Shown piece by piece: positions 50,431-58,422 of a stretch of DNA of 64,000 nt. Origin of the DNA: a virus (Duplodnaviria > Caudoviricetes); the IMG/VR virus record IMGVR_UViG_2974541498_000001, positions 64,001 through 128,000 of that record, one strand, 5' to 3'. Position numbers and translations under genes: made by a program. Position 1 is the first letter of the stretch; the number at the start of each line of letters is the position of its first letter. Under the pieces are notes generated by a model, which searched no databases, was not told where the DNA came from, and worked only from the letters and a program-made list of their open reading frames with translations.

Positions 50431-50715
50431 ATGAACGAAAAGGATAAACCATTTGCTATAATTTACCACACAAAGAATTGCCAAAAGTGTAGGCAAACTG
50501 CTAGAATGTTAAATATCAAAACCGAGCTTAGATTAATTGATAGGGCTAATGGAGATAATAGTGATATTATTGATTACATGGATATCCACGGAATGTCATC
50601 AGCCCCCTTAGTTAGAGTATATGAAGATAGTCAATTGGTCGATGAATGGAATGACTTTAACATTGATAAGATAAAATCAACTAATAAAAAATACGACTAT
50701 GAAATGTTTAAGTAA
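50431..50715 (+). CDS. nrdH: NrdH-like glutaredoxin
   Basis: Y.TKNCQKCRQT, SAP.V, W..F..DKI. Confidence 0.85.
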   Translation: MNEKDKPFAIIYHTKNCQKCRQTARMLNIKTELRLIDRANGDNSDIIDYMDIHGMSSAPLVRVYEDSQLVDEWNDFNIDKIKSTNKKYDYEMFK

Positions 50716-50777
50716 ATAAAACAATAATAAGTTCTCTGATATAATTAAACTATAAATTATATTAGGGGATTTTTTAA

Positions 50778-51548
50778 ATGAAAAGAAAAAAGAGACTATT
50801 AATTGGAAATTCAGACCGTTTTTATAACTTTTCGTTAATAAGTGAAAGCTTGTTTAACGATGTAGACAAGATTACTTTTAGGAATGTTAATAAATATCGA
50901 AAAGAAATGAGTAATATTGATAATAAGAATAAAAAGAATGATCCTTTAGGATTATATAAAAAAACGAGTAAAAATTATTGGCTATATTCTGATAGTGGTG
51001 CTAGTCTAGGAATGATTAAGGATCTATTACACTATGGTAATAGACTCACCTATATTACAGATAAAGAAATATCTAATTCGCTTATTAACCTTCTTGCTGT
51101 TGCTAAGCACCGAGAAGTTGTCTACTTATATAATTCTATTACCGAAGATATGGTAGCTAATATCATAGAAGCGCATAAAGCTTGCACAACTTCTGCCTAT
51201 ATTGAATTAGACCCATTAGATAACCCAGAAAAAATACTTTTTAATTTATATCGATTACGAACAAATTTAGACAATTTATATATTAGATTTAAAAAGTTAT
51301 CTGATGAAGAATATGCTAACTTATCACAAAGTGACAAGACGAAGTTTTCTAAGATAAATAACTATTGGGAATACACTCCTGAGAATAAATTTAAGAGATT
51401 TAAAGCTATAAAAACATCACTTTCTATTTGGGGGATCAATATAAAAATTATTTTAGGTGCAGATATTTATGATATGGAAAAGTTGGCTATTAATGATAAA
51501 AAGAAGGTTAAGACCCCTAAGCGAGTAGATATGAAAAAAGAAGGATAA
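50778..51548 (+). CDS. hypothetical protein
   Basis: 256-aa ORF at the herellevirus position before HU. Confidence 0.7.
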   Translation: MKRKKRLLIGNSDRFYNFSLISESLFNDVDKITFRNVNKYRKEMSNIDNKNKKNDPLGLYKKTSKNYWLYSDSGASLGMIKDLLHYGNRLTYITDKEISNSLINLLAVAKHREVVYLYNSITEDMVANIIEAHKACTTSAYIELDPLDNPEKILFNLYRLRTNLDNLYIRFKKLSDEEYANLSQSDKTKFSKINNYWEYTPENKFKRFKAIKTSLSIWGINIKIILGADIYDMEKLAINDKKKVKTPKRVDMKKEG

Positions 51549-51553
51549 AATTT

Positions 51554-51850
51554 ATGGACATTACGCATAGGGATATTGTTAATAGGATCGCTTTAACAAC
51601 AGGTATTAAGAAAAAGGATATTGATAAAGTTCTCAGGGGAAACTCTGAAGCTATTAATTACTTTTTATCTTCAGGCCAATCTATTAAGGTTCTAAAGGAT
51701 TTTAAGTTGCAACCTATTCACAGAAAAGAACGTAAACGAGTTTATGACGGAATCCATCAGAAGTATTATGACTCTCCGGCACACTATACACTATCAATCA
51801 CTCCTTTATCAAATATAAAAAATGCTATAGAGCGTTTAAACGAAAATTAA
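51554..51850 (+). CDS. HU/IHF-like DNA-binding protein
   Basis: I...IA..TGI.KKD...V.......I...L..G..I; arm region RK.R. Confidence 0.85.
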   Translation: MDITHRDIVNRIALTTGIKKKDIDKVLRGNSEAINYFLSSGQSIKVLKDFKLQPIHRKERKRVYDGIHQKYYDSPAHYTLSITPLSNIKNAIERLNEN

Positions 51851-51870
51851 GCCCTATGGCTTTTTTTATT
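51765..51870 (+). repeat. left copy of 106-bp imperfect direct repeat (HU 3' end + terminator)
   Basis: aligns without gaps to 53437-53542 with 14 mismatches by hand count. Confidence 0.9.
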
Positions 51871-51885
51871 CTAAATGAATTTCTA

Positions 51886-51913
51886 TTGACAAATAAATAA
51901 TATATGTTATACT
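51886..51913 (+). promoter_or_regulatory. sigma-A-type promoter
   Basis: TTGACA-16nt-TATACT with TGn extension. Confidence 0.8.
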
Positions 51914-51949
51914 CTAATTGTTATCGAAAACCAAGATAACTAATAAAAG

Positions 51950-52065
51950 TATATTAACTGGGCTGGAACGGCCCTTAGTAAAATAGCTATAATCTCTGTC
52001 TAATTCTATTAGACAAGCATGTAGTGTTACTAGAAGCCCATGGCTTTAACCCTGGTGTAGTTCAC
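51950..52065 (+). mobile_element. IS200/IS605 (tnpB) right-end / omegaRNA scaffold remnant, no tnpA/tnpB
   Basis: GGGCTGGAACGGCCC hairpin + TTAGTAAAATAG, internal hairpin TGTCTAAT/ATTAGACA, terminal GAAGCCCATGG-cttta-ACCCTGGTG-TAGTTCAC resembling IS605-group right ends. Confidence 0.7.
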
Positions 52066-52199
52066 AACACAGATTTAGATGAAGACTAGGACGAATAATT
52101 TGTTCAGATTATGTGTGATAAATGTGGTAAATATAAAGAGGTATCTAGCTGGGATTGGAAGATAATCAATAAACGGCAAGAACTATTGGAGGCAGAATA

Positions 52200-53348
52200 G
52201 TGAAATTCATTGATTTATTTGCAGGTGTTGGAGGTATTCGACTTGGAATGGAACAAGCCGGGCATGAATGCGTAGGCTGGGTAGAGTGGGATAAGTTCGC
52301 ACGCAAAAGTTATCAAGCTATTCACAAACCAGACGGAGAATTTACGGAAAAAGATATTAATGATGTTAAAGCGGAATTATTGCCCAAGGCTGACTGTTGG
52401 TGCTTTGGCTTCCCTTGTCAAGATATTTCGGTTGCAGGTAAACAAGGAGGATTTACAAATGGTAAAAGATCAAGTTTGTTCTTCAAAGTCACTGGGCTTA
52501 TTAGGGAACTCAAAGAAGAAAATAAGCCCAGCTACTTGTTCATTGAAAACGTTAAAAACCTACTTAGTATCAACAAAGGGTGGGACTTCGCAAAGTTGCT
52601 CATTGAAATGGATGAAATCGGGTATGATGTCGAATGGGACGTTCTCGACTCAGCAGAAGTCGTCCCTCAGCACAGGGAACGTATCTTCATTGTCGGACAT
52701 CTTAGAGGACGAAGTACCAGAAAAGTATTTCCTATCTTCAAAAGTAACGGAGAAGCTTCTGAAAGGTCAGACGCAACAAATACCCTTACCACCCGTTACG
52801 GGGAAGCACAGGGATCAGGATCGTACGTTGCTGAAAGCGAACCGTCGAAAGTAAGGCGGATTGGAAACAGTAGTAGTTCAAATCCATTTGGAAGAAATAC
52901 ACAAATTGGCTGGGTTTATGATCCTAGCGGTATTTCACCAACACTAAGCACTATGCAAGGTGGTGGTCAAGAGCAAAAAGTGTTGACAAAAGCAAAAACA
53001 GAATTTGGTCGAATGGGTCAACAAGCTATTGAGACGGTTAATAGTAATAATGTTACACCTGGTGACACCATTAACCCTTATTATATGAGGGTTGATAAGT
53101 CTAAAGTGTCACCAACGCTTACTACCCGGCCTGAAGGCATGAAGACCGCAATATTACCAGTAACTAAAGATCTACGCATCCGCAAGTTAACCCCACATGA
53201 GTGTTGGCGCCTACAAGGCTTCCCAGATTGGGCGTTTGATCGAGCAAAACAAGCTGGATTGAGCGACAGCCAGTTGTATAAGCAGGCTGGTAATAGTGTC
53301 ACTGTTCCTGTTATTACGGCGATTGCTGATAGAATGGCGTTAAATTGA
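52200..53348 (+). CDS. DNA (cytosine-5) methyltransferase, orphan
   Basis: DLFAGVGG, GFPCQD, ENVKNL, PQHRERIF, RKLTP.EC.RLQGFPD, YKQAGNSV; higher GC than flanks. Confidence 0.96.
   Translation: MKFIDLFAGVGGIRLGMEQAGHECVGWVEWDKFARKSYQAIHKPDGEFTEKDINDVKAELLPKADCWCFGFPCQDISVAGKQGGFTNGKRSSLFFKVTGLIRELKEENKPSYLFIENVKNLLSINKGWDFAKLLIEMDEIGYDVEWDVLDSAEVVPQHRERIFIVGHLRGRSTRKVFPIFKSNGEASERSDATNTLTTRYGEAQGSGSYVAESEPSKVRRIGNSSSSNPFGRNTQIGWVYDPSGISPTLSTMQGGGQEQKVLTKAKTEFGRMGQQAIETVNSNNVTPGDTINPYYMRVDKSKVSPTLTTRPEGMKTAILPVTKDLRIRKLTPHECWRLQGFPDWAFDRAKQAGLSDSQLYKQAGNSVTVPVITAIADRMALN
52360..52854 (+). CDS. overlapping +1-frame ORF resembling the M.EcoHK31I beta polypeptide
   Basis: 164 codons open inside the MTase; W..SGM..NG and SSLSDILE..VPEKYFLS motifs. 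Confidence 0.6.
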   Translation: MMLKRNYCPRLTVGALASLVKIFRLQVNKEDLQMVKDQVCSSKSLGLLGNSKKKISPATCSLKTLKTYLVSTKGGTSQSCSLKWMKSGMMSNGTFSTQQKSSLSTGNVSSLSDILEDEVPEKYFLSSKVTEKLLKGQTQQIPLPPVTGKHRDQDRTLLKANRRK

Positions 53349-53443
53349 TGAAAGCTGCTGAGTTGCCCGTGATTCCTAAAGCAAGGGCCGATACGATTGA
53401 AGAATATAAAGCCAATCATTACCGAGTGGAATTGGAATTATGA
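53348..53443 (+). pseudogene. truncated temperate-phage gene fragment (MKAAELPVIPKARADTIEE...)
   Basis: LPVIPK..AD.IE resembles DUF1642-type N-termini; cut off at the right repeat. Confidence 0.4.
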
Positions 53444-53542
53444 TTCTCCCACACATTATACTCTAGCAATTACACCATTATCTAATATTAAAAATGCTAT
53501 AGAGACTTTAAACGAAAATTAAGCCTTATGGCTTTTTTTATT
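53437..53542 (+). repeat. right copy of direct repeat (displaced HU 3' end + terminator)
   Basis: encodes YDSPTHYTLAITPLSNIKNAIETLNEN* with no start, versus YDSPAHYTLSITPLSNIKNAIERLNEN* in HU. Confidence 0.9.
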
Positions 53543-53579
53543 TGGTAAAACATGCTATACTTTAAAACAAAAGGGGCTG

Positions 53580-56500
53580 ATGAAAATAAAAGCACTGATT
53601 TTAAATGAGTTTGTTAGAGCAGACTATTTTGTTGGAGATAGCTTGGATTATTTTAATTCTAAGACAGGTAGTAAGTTCAAACAAGTTTTTAATAAGTATG
53701 GGCTAAAGGAGGGAGTAGACTACGATTGTAATTACTTTATTAGAGATATTCCCAAAGCCGCTAAAGTTTATAATAATCGAGTAGTTTCTTATAAATCGCC
53801 AACTAGCGCTCAACTAAAGAAAGCTAATGCTGAAATTAAAGAAAAAATAAAAGACTATGATATTATTTTAGTTACTGGAAAGTATGGATTAAGCTATTTT
53901 TATCCTGAGTATATTATTAATGGTAAACGAAAAGTATTACCAAAAATGACTAAGCTATTATCTCATGATAAAGTAGTTAATATTGATGGTAAAGATCATT
54001 TAATTCTCCCAATATTTTCACAAGAATTAGTAGATATGGATAATGAAAAAGCCTATCCACGGAACCTTGTTATTAGAAAATTAGCTTTATATCTAAAAGG
54101 CTACTGGAATATTAAAACTTCTAGAGTAGGTAATTATAAGATTGCTGATACAGTAGATAAAGTAAAAGCTGTTTTTAATGCCGCTAAAAAGCATGTAACT
54201 GCTTGGGATACAGAAGATAATGGATTTGATGCCCATAGAAAGAATAGTCGTATTTTATGTATGACATTATCCTTTAAACCGGGAACAGGTTATTATATTC
54301 CGTTAGCACATCGTCAATCCCCGTTCTCTAAAGATGAATTAGTAGAGGTAAAAAAGTGTATTAAAGGATTTCTAGAAGGACCTAACATTAAAGTAGCACA
54401 TAACTCCCGTTTCGATATTGACTGGATGATATATCGAGGAATTGCGGGCCATGTTCATAATATTAGAGATACTAAGATTGGCTATTGGCTATTAGTAGAT
54501 CAGCGAGTATCTGAAAGTCTTAGATTAACGGACTTAGCTTGGCAAGTAACTCCTATTGGTGGTTATGATGATCCTTTAGAAAGTTATAAGGACTGGATTA
54601 CTAGTACGTTAGCTTCTCTATGCTCCCAGATGCTAAAGAAAAAGTATAGAAAAACTCATTCTAATTTAAAAGAATTTGAAAAAGGGACTGAAAAGTTAGA
54701 TGAAGAGGATAAGAACTTTCTACTAGAAAACATTATTCCGGAAGAATTTAGTAAAGAGGATAATCCCTTGTTAAAGTTATTATCTAAAGCAAGTAGAGAA
54801 CAGCATATTAAACTAAATCAGAAAATATTTAATGAAGATTATATGGATGATGAAGTTTTAAATGATGCAGTTAATTCAGCTATTTCTTTAGCTAATAAGT
54901 GGCGAGTAGATAATAAAATAAAGTCTCACTTTAATTATGATATTTTCCCACTAAAAGTTATGCTTAATTATTCTGTTGGTGATGCTGATGCCTGTTTGCA
55001 AATATACCGTTGGGAAGAAATGGAAGTCAATAAGTCTACAGATAAAATTAAATTTTTATTTGAAAAGTTCTATCCTGAATTTGTTTATACTTTAGCTAGA
55101 ATGCAAAGTAATGGCGCACATATTAATTTGGATTACACCAAGGAACTTAAAAAAGCATATGCTGATGAGTCCGATAGGATATATAATGAGCTATTAAAGT
55201 TTTCAGATGTTAAACAGTTAATAGATATTAAACAGGAACTTTATTTAAAAGGATTAGCTGAGAAAGCAAAACCAGTTAAAGAAAGAGATAAGGATATCTA
55301 TAAGTATTATAATAGATATAAGGATGAGGAAGATAGAAAGTTTAAGCCTAATGCAGATAAGAAGACCTTGTTATTAGAGGTTATGGGAGTATCTATTCCA
55401 GACGAGGACAAGTTTAAGACTAATAAGGGTGAAATAAGCGTTGGATCGGAAACGATATCTTATCTATTAGATACATTACCAAAGGATTCAGATTCTTATG
55501 AAATTGTTAATCTATTAGATAAGTATGCACAATCTTCCAAGATTCAGACTACTTATACTGACACTATGTTAGATATTGTATCTGATGTTGATGATAGTGT
55601 TCATGGAACATTTAATGAAACCGGAACATCTACTAGTCGATTAAGCAGTAGTCATCCTAATATGCAAAATATCCCTTCTCCCCATTCTAATAATATTCAT
55701 GAATTTGGCAATAGGTATCCAATTAAGCGCCAGTATAATTCAAGGTTTAAGAATGGGATTATCTTTAACTGTGACTATTCAAACCTAGAATTAAGAATAT
55801 TGGGATTAATCAGTGGTGATGCGGGAATGTATCATACTTTCGTTACTGGTAAGGATATTCATAAAGCCACTGCCGCGGATGCTTTTAAAACCCCATTAGA
55901 TGAAGTTACTAAAAGCCAACGACAGGCCGCTAAGAAAGTTGGGTTCGGTATCGTATATGGAATTAGTAAATATGGTTTAGCAGTTCAATTAGGTGTTACT
56001 CCAGATGAAGCACAAGACTTTATTGACAAGTACCTAGATTCTAAGCCTGCGGTTGAAAAGTTAATATCCGATGTTCATAAGGCGGTTAAGCAGAATGGCT
56101 ATGTTGAATTATTATCTGGATTCAGACGACAATTACCTGGTATTTTTTCTACAGATAAAGCAAGTGTTAGTTCAGCTTTAAGAGAATCTGTTAACACTTT
56201 GATTCAAGGGTCCGGATCATATCTAACAAACAGTAGCTTATTATATATTCAGAATTATTTAGAAAGCAATAATAAGAACTCTAAGTTAGCTATTACTGTT
56301 CATGATTCTATCATGGGAGATGTTCCTGCTGATGAAATATCTGAGGTATTGCCACAAGTTCTTAGAATTATGACTAATCTTCCTTATGACTGGTTAAAAA
56401 TAGAGCATGACGGTAATATTGTTAAATACCCAATTAATGCAGAAATGACTATTGGATATAACTATAGTGATCAGGTTGATTTCGATTTAGAAGATTATAA

Positions 56501-56663
56501 TACTTTTAAATCCCCTAATGGATATATTGATTATTATATGGAAATAAGTAATTTAGAAGCTAAACATGATAGTAAGGACTTATCTGATGATGATTATAGT
56601 AGACTTTTAGAAGAAATAAAGGAATCTAAGAATAAATATCAAGATATTCCTTTACAAGAATAA
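53580..56663 (+). CDS. polA: family A DNA polymerase with N-terminal UDG-like and 3'-5' exonuclease domains
   Basis: WDTE, HNSRFD, Y..GD, TSRLSS..PNMQN, DYSNLELR, R..AK.V.FGI.YG, VHDS. Confidence 0.96.
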   Translation: MKIKALILNEFVRADYFVGDSLDYFNSKTGSKFKQVFNKYGLKEGVDYDCNYFIRDIPKAAKVYNNRVVSYKSPTSAQLKKANAEIKEKIKDYDIILVTGKYGLSYFYPEYIINGKRKVLPKMTKLLSHDKVVNIDGKDHLILPIFSQELVDMDNEKAYPRNLVIRKLALYLKGYWNIKTSRVGNYKIADTVDKVKAVFNAAKKHVTAWDTEDNGFDAHRKNSRILCMTLSFKPGTGYYIPLAHRQSPFSKDELVEVKKCIKGFLEGPNIKVAHNSRFDIDWMIYRGIAGHVHNIRDTKIGYWLLVDQRVSESLRLTDLAWQVTPIGGYDDPLESYKDWITSTLASLCSQMLKKKYRKTHSNLKEFEKGTEKLDEEDKNFLLENIIPEEFSKEDNPLLKLLSKASREQHIKLNQKIFNEDYMDDEVLNDAVNSAISLANKWRVDNKIKSHFNYDIFPLKVMLNYSVGDADACLQIYRWEEMEVNKSTDKIKFLFEKFYPEFVYTLARMQSNGAHINLDYTKELKKAYADESDRIYNELLKFSDVKQLIDIKQELYLKGLAEKAKPVKERDKDIYKYYNRYKDEEDRKFKPNADKKTLLLEVMGVSIPDEDKFKTNKGEISVGSETISYLLDTLPKDSDSYEIVNLLDKYAQSSKIQTTYTDTMLDIVSDVDDSVHGTFNETGTSTSRLSSSHPNMQNIPSPHSNNIHEFGNRYPIKRQYNSRFKNGIIFNCDYSNLELRILGLISGDAGMYHTFVTGKDIHKATAADAFKTPLDEVTKSQRQAAKKVGFGIVYGISKYGLAVQLGVTPDEAQDFIDKYLDSKPAVEKLISDVHKAVKQNGYVELLSGFRRQLPGIFSTDKASVSSALRESVNTLIQGSGSYLTNSSLLYIQNYLESNNKNSKLAITVHDSIMGDVPADEISEVLPQVLRIMTNLPYDWLKIEHDGNIVKYPINAEMTIGYNYSDQVDFDLEDYNTFKSPNGYIDYYMEISNLEAKHDSKDLSDDDYSRLLEEIKESKNKYQDIPLQE

Positions 56664-56696
56664 ATATTTGTGGTAATATCTAAATATAGATAGAAG

Positions 56697-57179
56697 GTGA
56701 CTACTCTGAAAGAAATTGTAGTTTCTAAGCTGGATTTTGATAGTTTTAGGTTAAGAGATGCCTATACTGGGGAGGTTGTTGATTATTCATTAAAAGATGA
56801 ACTAAAAGTTAATGAGAATAACTACAAGCAAGAATATTTAGATCAACCAGCTAAATATGTTTATTGGCAAGCAGTTTACCAGAACTTAAAATCTTATCAG
56901 GAGTCTGTTGAACGAGAAGCAAGCATTGTTCATGCTAATGCCTACAATGAAGCTTATAATTTTCTTAAACAGAAAAAGGGAATTACTAGGCCAACAAAGG
57001 ATTTAATAGATTCTGCTATTATGCAAGATAAGGACTATCAAAGTGAATTAGAAAAAGTTGAGGAAGCTCATAGAGCCGTAGGAATTATAGGATCTATTGT
57101 AAAAGCTTTCGAGCAACGTAAGGATATGCTAATACAGTTTGGTGCAGAGCAACGAGCTAATAGAAATAATTCAAATTAA
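56697..57179 (+). CDS. UvsY-like recombination mediator
   Basis: QPAKY.YW and VKAFEQRKDMLIQ.GA motifs; synteny. Confidence 0.7.
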   Translation: MTTLKEIVVSKLDFDSFRLRDAYTGEVVDYSLKDELKVNENNYKQEYLDQPAKYVYWQAVYQNLKSYQESVEREASIVHANAYNEAYNFLKQKKGITRPTKDLIDSAIMQDKDYQSELEKVEEAHRAVGIIGSIVKAFEQRKDMLIQFGAEQRANRNNSN

Positions 57180-57180
57180 G

Positions 57181-57228
57181 AAGGAGGTGTAAGTAGATAT
57201 ACTTTAAAAGGTATACTACAAACACATG
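57181..57228 (+). promoter_or_regulatory. hairpin-bridged (split) ribosome binding site of ssb
   Basis: AAGGAGGTG 36 nt from ATG; intervening stem 57193-57219. Confidence 0.6.
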
Positions 57229-58311
57229 GCAAATCAACTAGAAAAGATTCTAGCTAAGTATTCAGAACAAGAAAAGGAAAATAGTAATTCGGAAAGTCTT
57301 AACGTTTATGAAAAGCTAAATCATAAGGTTATTCGAGCTAATGCGGCGCCTACAATGACATTTCGTATTTTGCCTCCGGCAGATTTAGAAAATGGGCTAT
57401 TCTACAAGGATTACCGTAAGATTATGCTAAATTCACCGCAAGGTTATCAAAGTAGCTTTAGTAATTTCGTAACAGCTTCCCCAGAAGACCCAAATAATCC
57501 CTTAGAAAAAGCTGTTTCTGAATGGAAGTCTCAAGGAATTAAATTTAATAAATATAATACGGGTTTTCGTCAATCTTACTATATTCAGATTGTTCCTGTT
57601 AAAGCTAATGGTAATGTATTAGAAATGAAGACAGATGCTAATGGATTGCCAGATGTTTATGTACTAGATATCACTTCTTCCTTATTTGACTTATTAATGA
57701 AGGCTTTAGGAGAATCTGGGAATGACCCTATTAATAACAAGTATTTTGCCTCGGAGTTAGCTAATGATAATGCTAGTGATGCTAACCAAGGTAGTTGGAG
57801 TTTCTTGTCTCCTAATATTGCATATTCTGTTACCATTACGTATAATAAGAATGCGCAAAAGGCTTCTGATTATTATAACCTTTCTGTTAACGCCGGAAAT
57901 ATGTTGCCACCTTTGCCACAAGGATGGGAAACTAAGCTAGAAGATTTAGATTATCTAGCCACCCCTATTGATAAAGCTAACCCAGATTTTATGAATAGAT
58001 TTATTGATGATTTTAATAGTCAGCACGGATTGCAAGGAAATTCCGTAGAAACTCCAAGCAACCAAGTAACTCCCGGAACAACAGCAAGTTCATCACCATT
58101 CGATGACACGCCACAACAACCAGCACCACAGCAACCAGCACCACAACAACCAGCACCACAGCAACCAGCGCCACAACAACCAGCACCACAGCAACCAGCG
58201 CCACAACAACCGGAGCCACAATCTAATAACAATGGGTTCCCAGATATGCCAGATCCATTTAGTGATACTGGAAGTTCTGTTGATATTTCCGATGACGATT
58301 TACCATTTTAA
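57226..58311 (+). CDS. ssb: single-stranded DNA-binding protein (gp32-like)
   Basis: RILPP motif, acidic C-terminal ISDDDLPF, position before recA. Confidence 0.8.
   Translation: MANQLEKILAKYSEQEKENSNSESLNVYEKLNHKVIRANAAPTMTFRILPPADLENGLFYKDYRKIMLNSPQGYQSSFSNFVTASPEDPNNPLEKAVSEWKSQGIKFNKYNTGFRQSYYIQIVPVKANGNVLEMKTDANGLPDVYVLDITSSLFDLLMKALGESGNDPINNKYFASELANDNASDANQGSWSFLSPNIAYSVTITYNKNAQKASDYYNLSVNAGNMLPPLPQGWETKLEDLDYLATPIDKANPDFMNRFIDDFNSQHGLQGNSVETPSNQVTPGTTASSSPFDDTPQQPAPQQPAPQQPAPQQPAPQQPAPQQPAPQQPEPQSNNNGFPDMPDPFSDTGSSVDISDDDLPF
58111..58215 (+). repeat. 15-bp tandem repeat x7 encoding PQQPA linker
   Basis: CCACA(A/G)CAACCAGC(A/G) units. Confidence 0.92.
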
Positions 58312-58323
58312 TAGATAATTAAT

Positions 58324-58382
58324 AAGGGGGAGACAATTACGTCTCCTTTTTGCTTTACTGATTATATCGGGTGTGGTATAAT
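58324..58382 (+). promoter_or_regulatory. terminator followed by sigma-A-type promoter for recA
   Basis: GGGGAGAC/GTCTCCTTTT hairpin; TTTACT-17nt-TATAAT with TG. Confidence 0.75.
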
Positions 58383-58422
58383 TAAATAGGATAAAAATAA
58401 GTAAAAATAAAAGGATGGTAGT

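Noticed and set aside
52200-53348. Complete restriction-modification system
   Set aside because: No cognate endonuclease inside the repeat-bounded cassette
53580-56663. Group I introns or inteins in polA, recA or sheath, as often seen in herelleviruses
   Set aside because: ORFs are continuous with motifs in expected order and no intein termini seen
58013-58318. Cys/Gly-, Val/Ala- and His/Asn-rich alternative ORFs over ssb
   Set aside because: Alternative-frame readings of the PQQPA tandem repeat; no RBS
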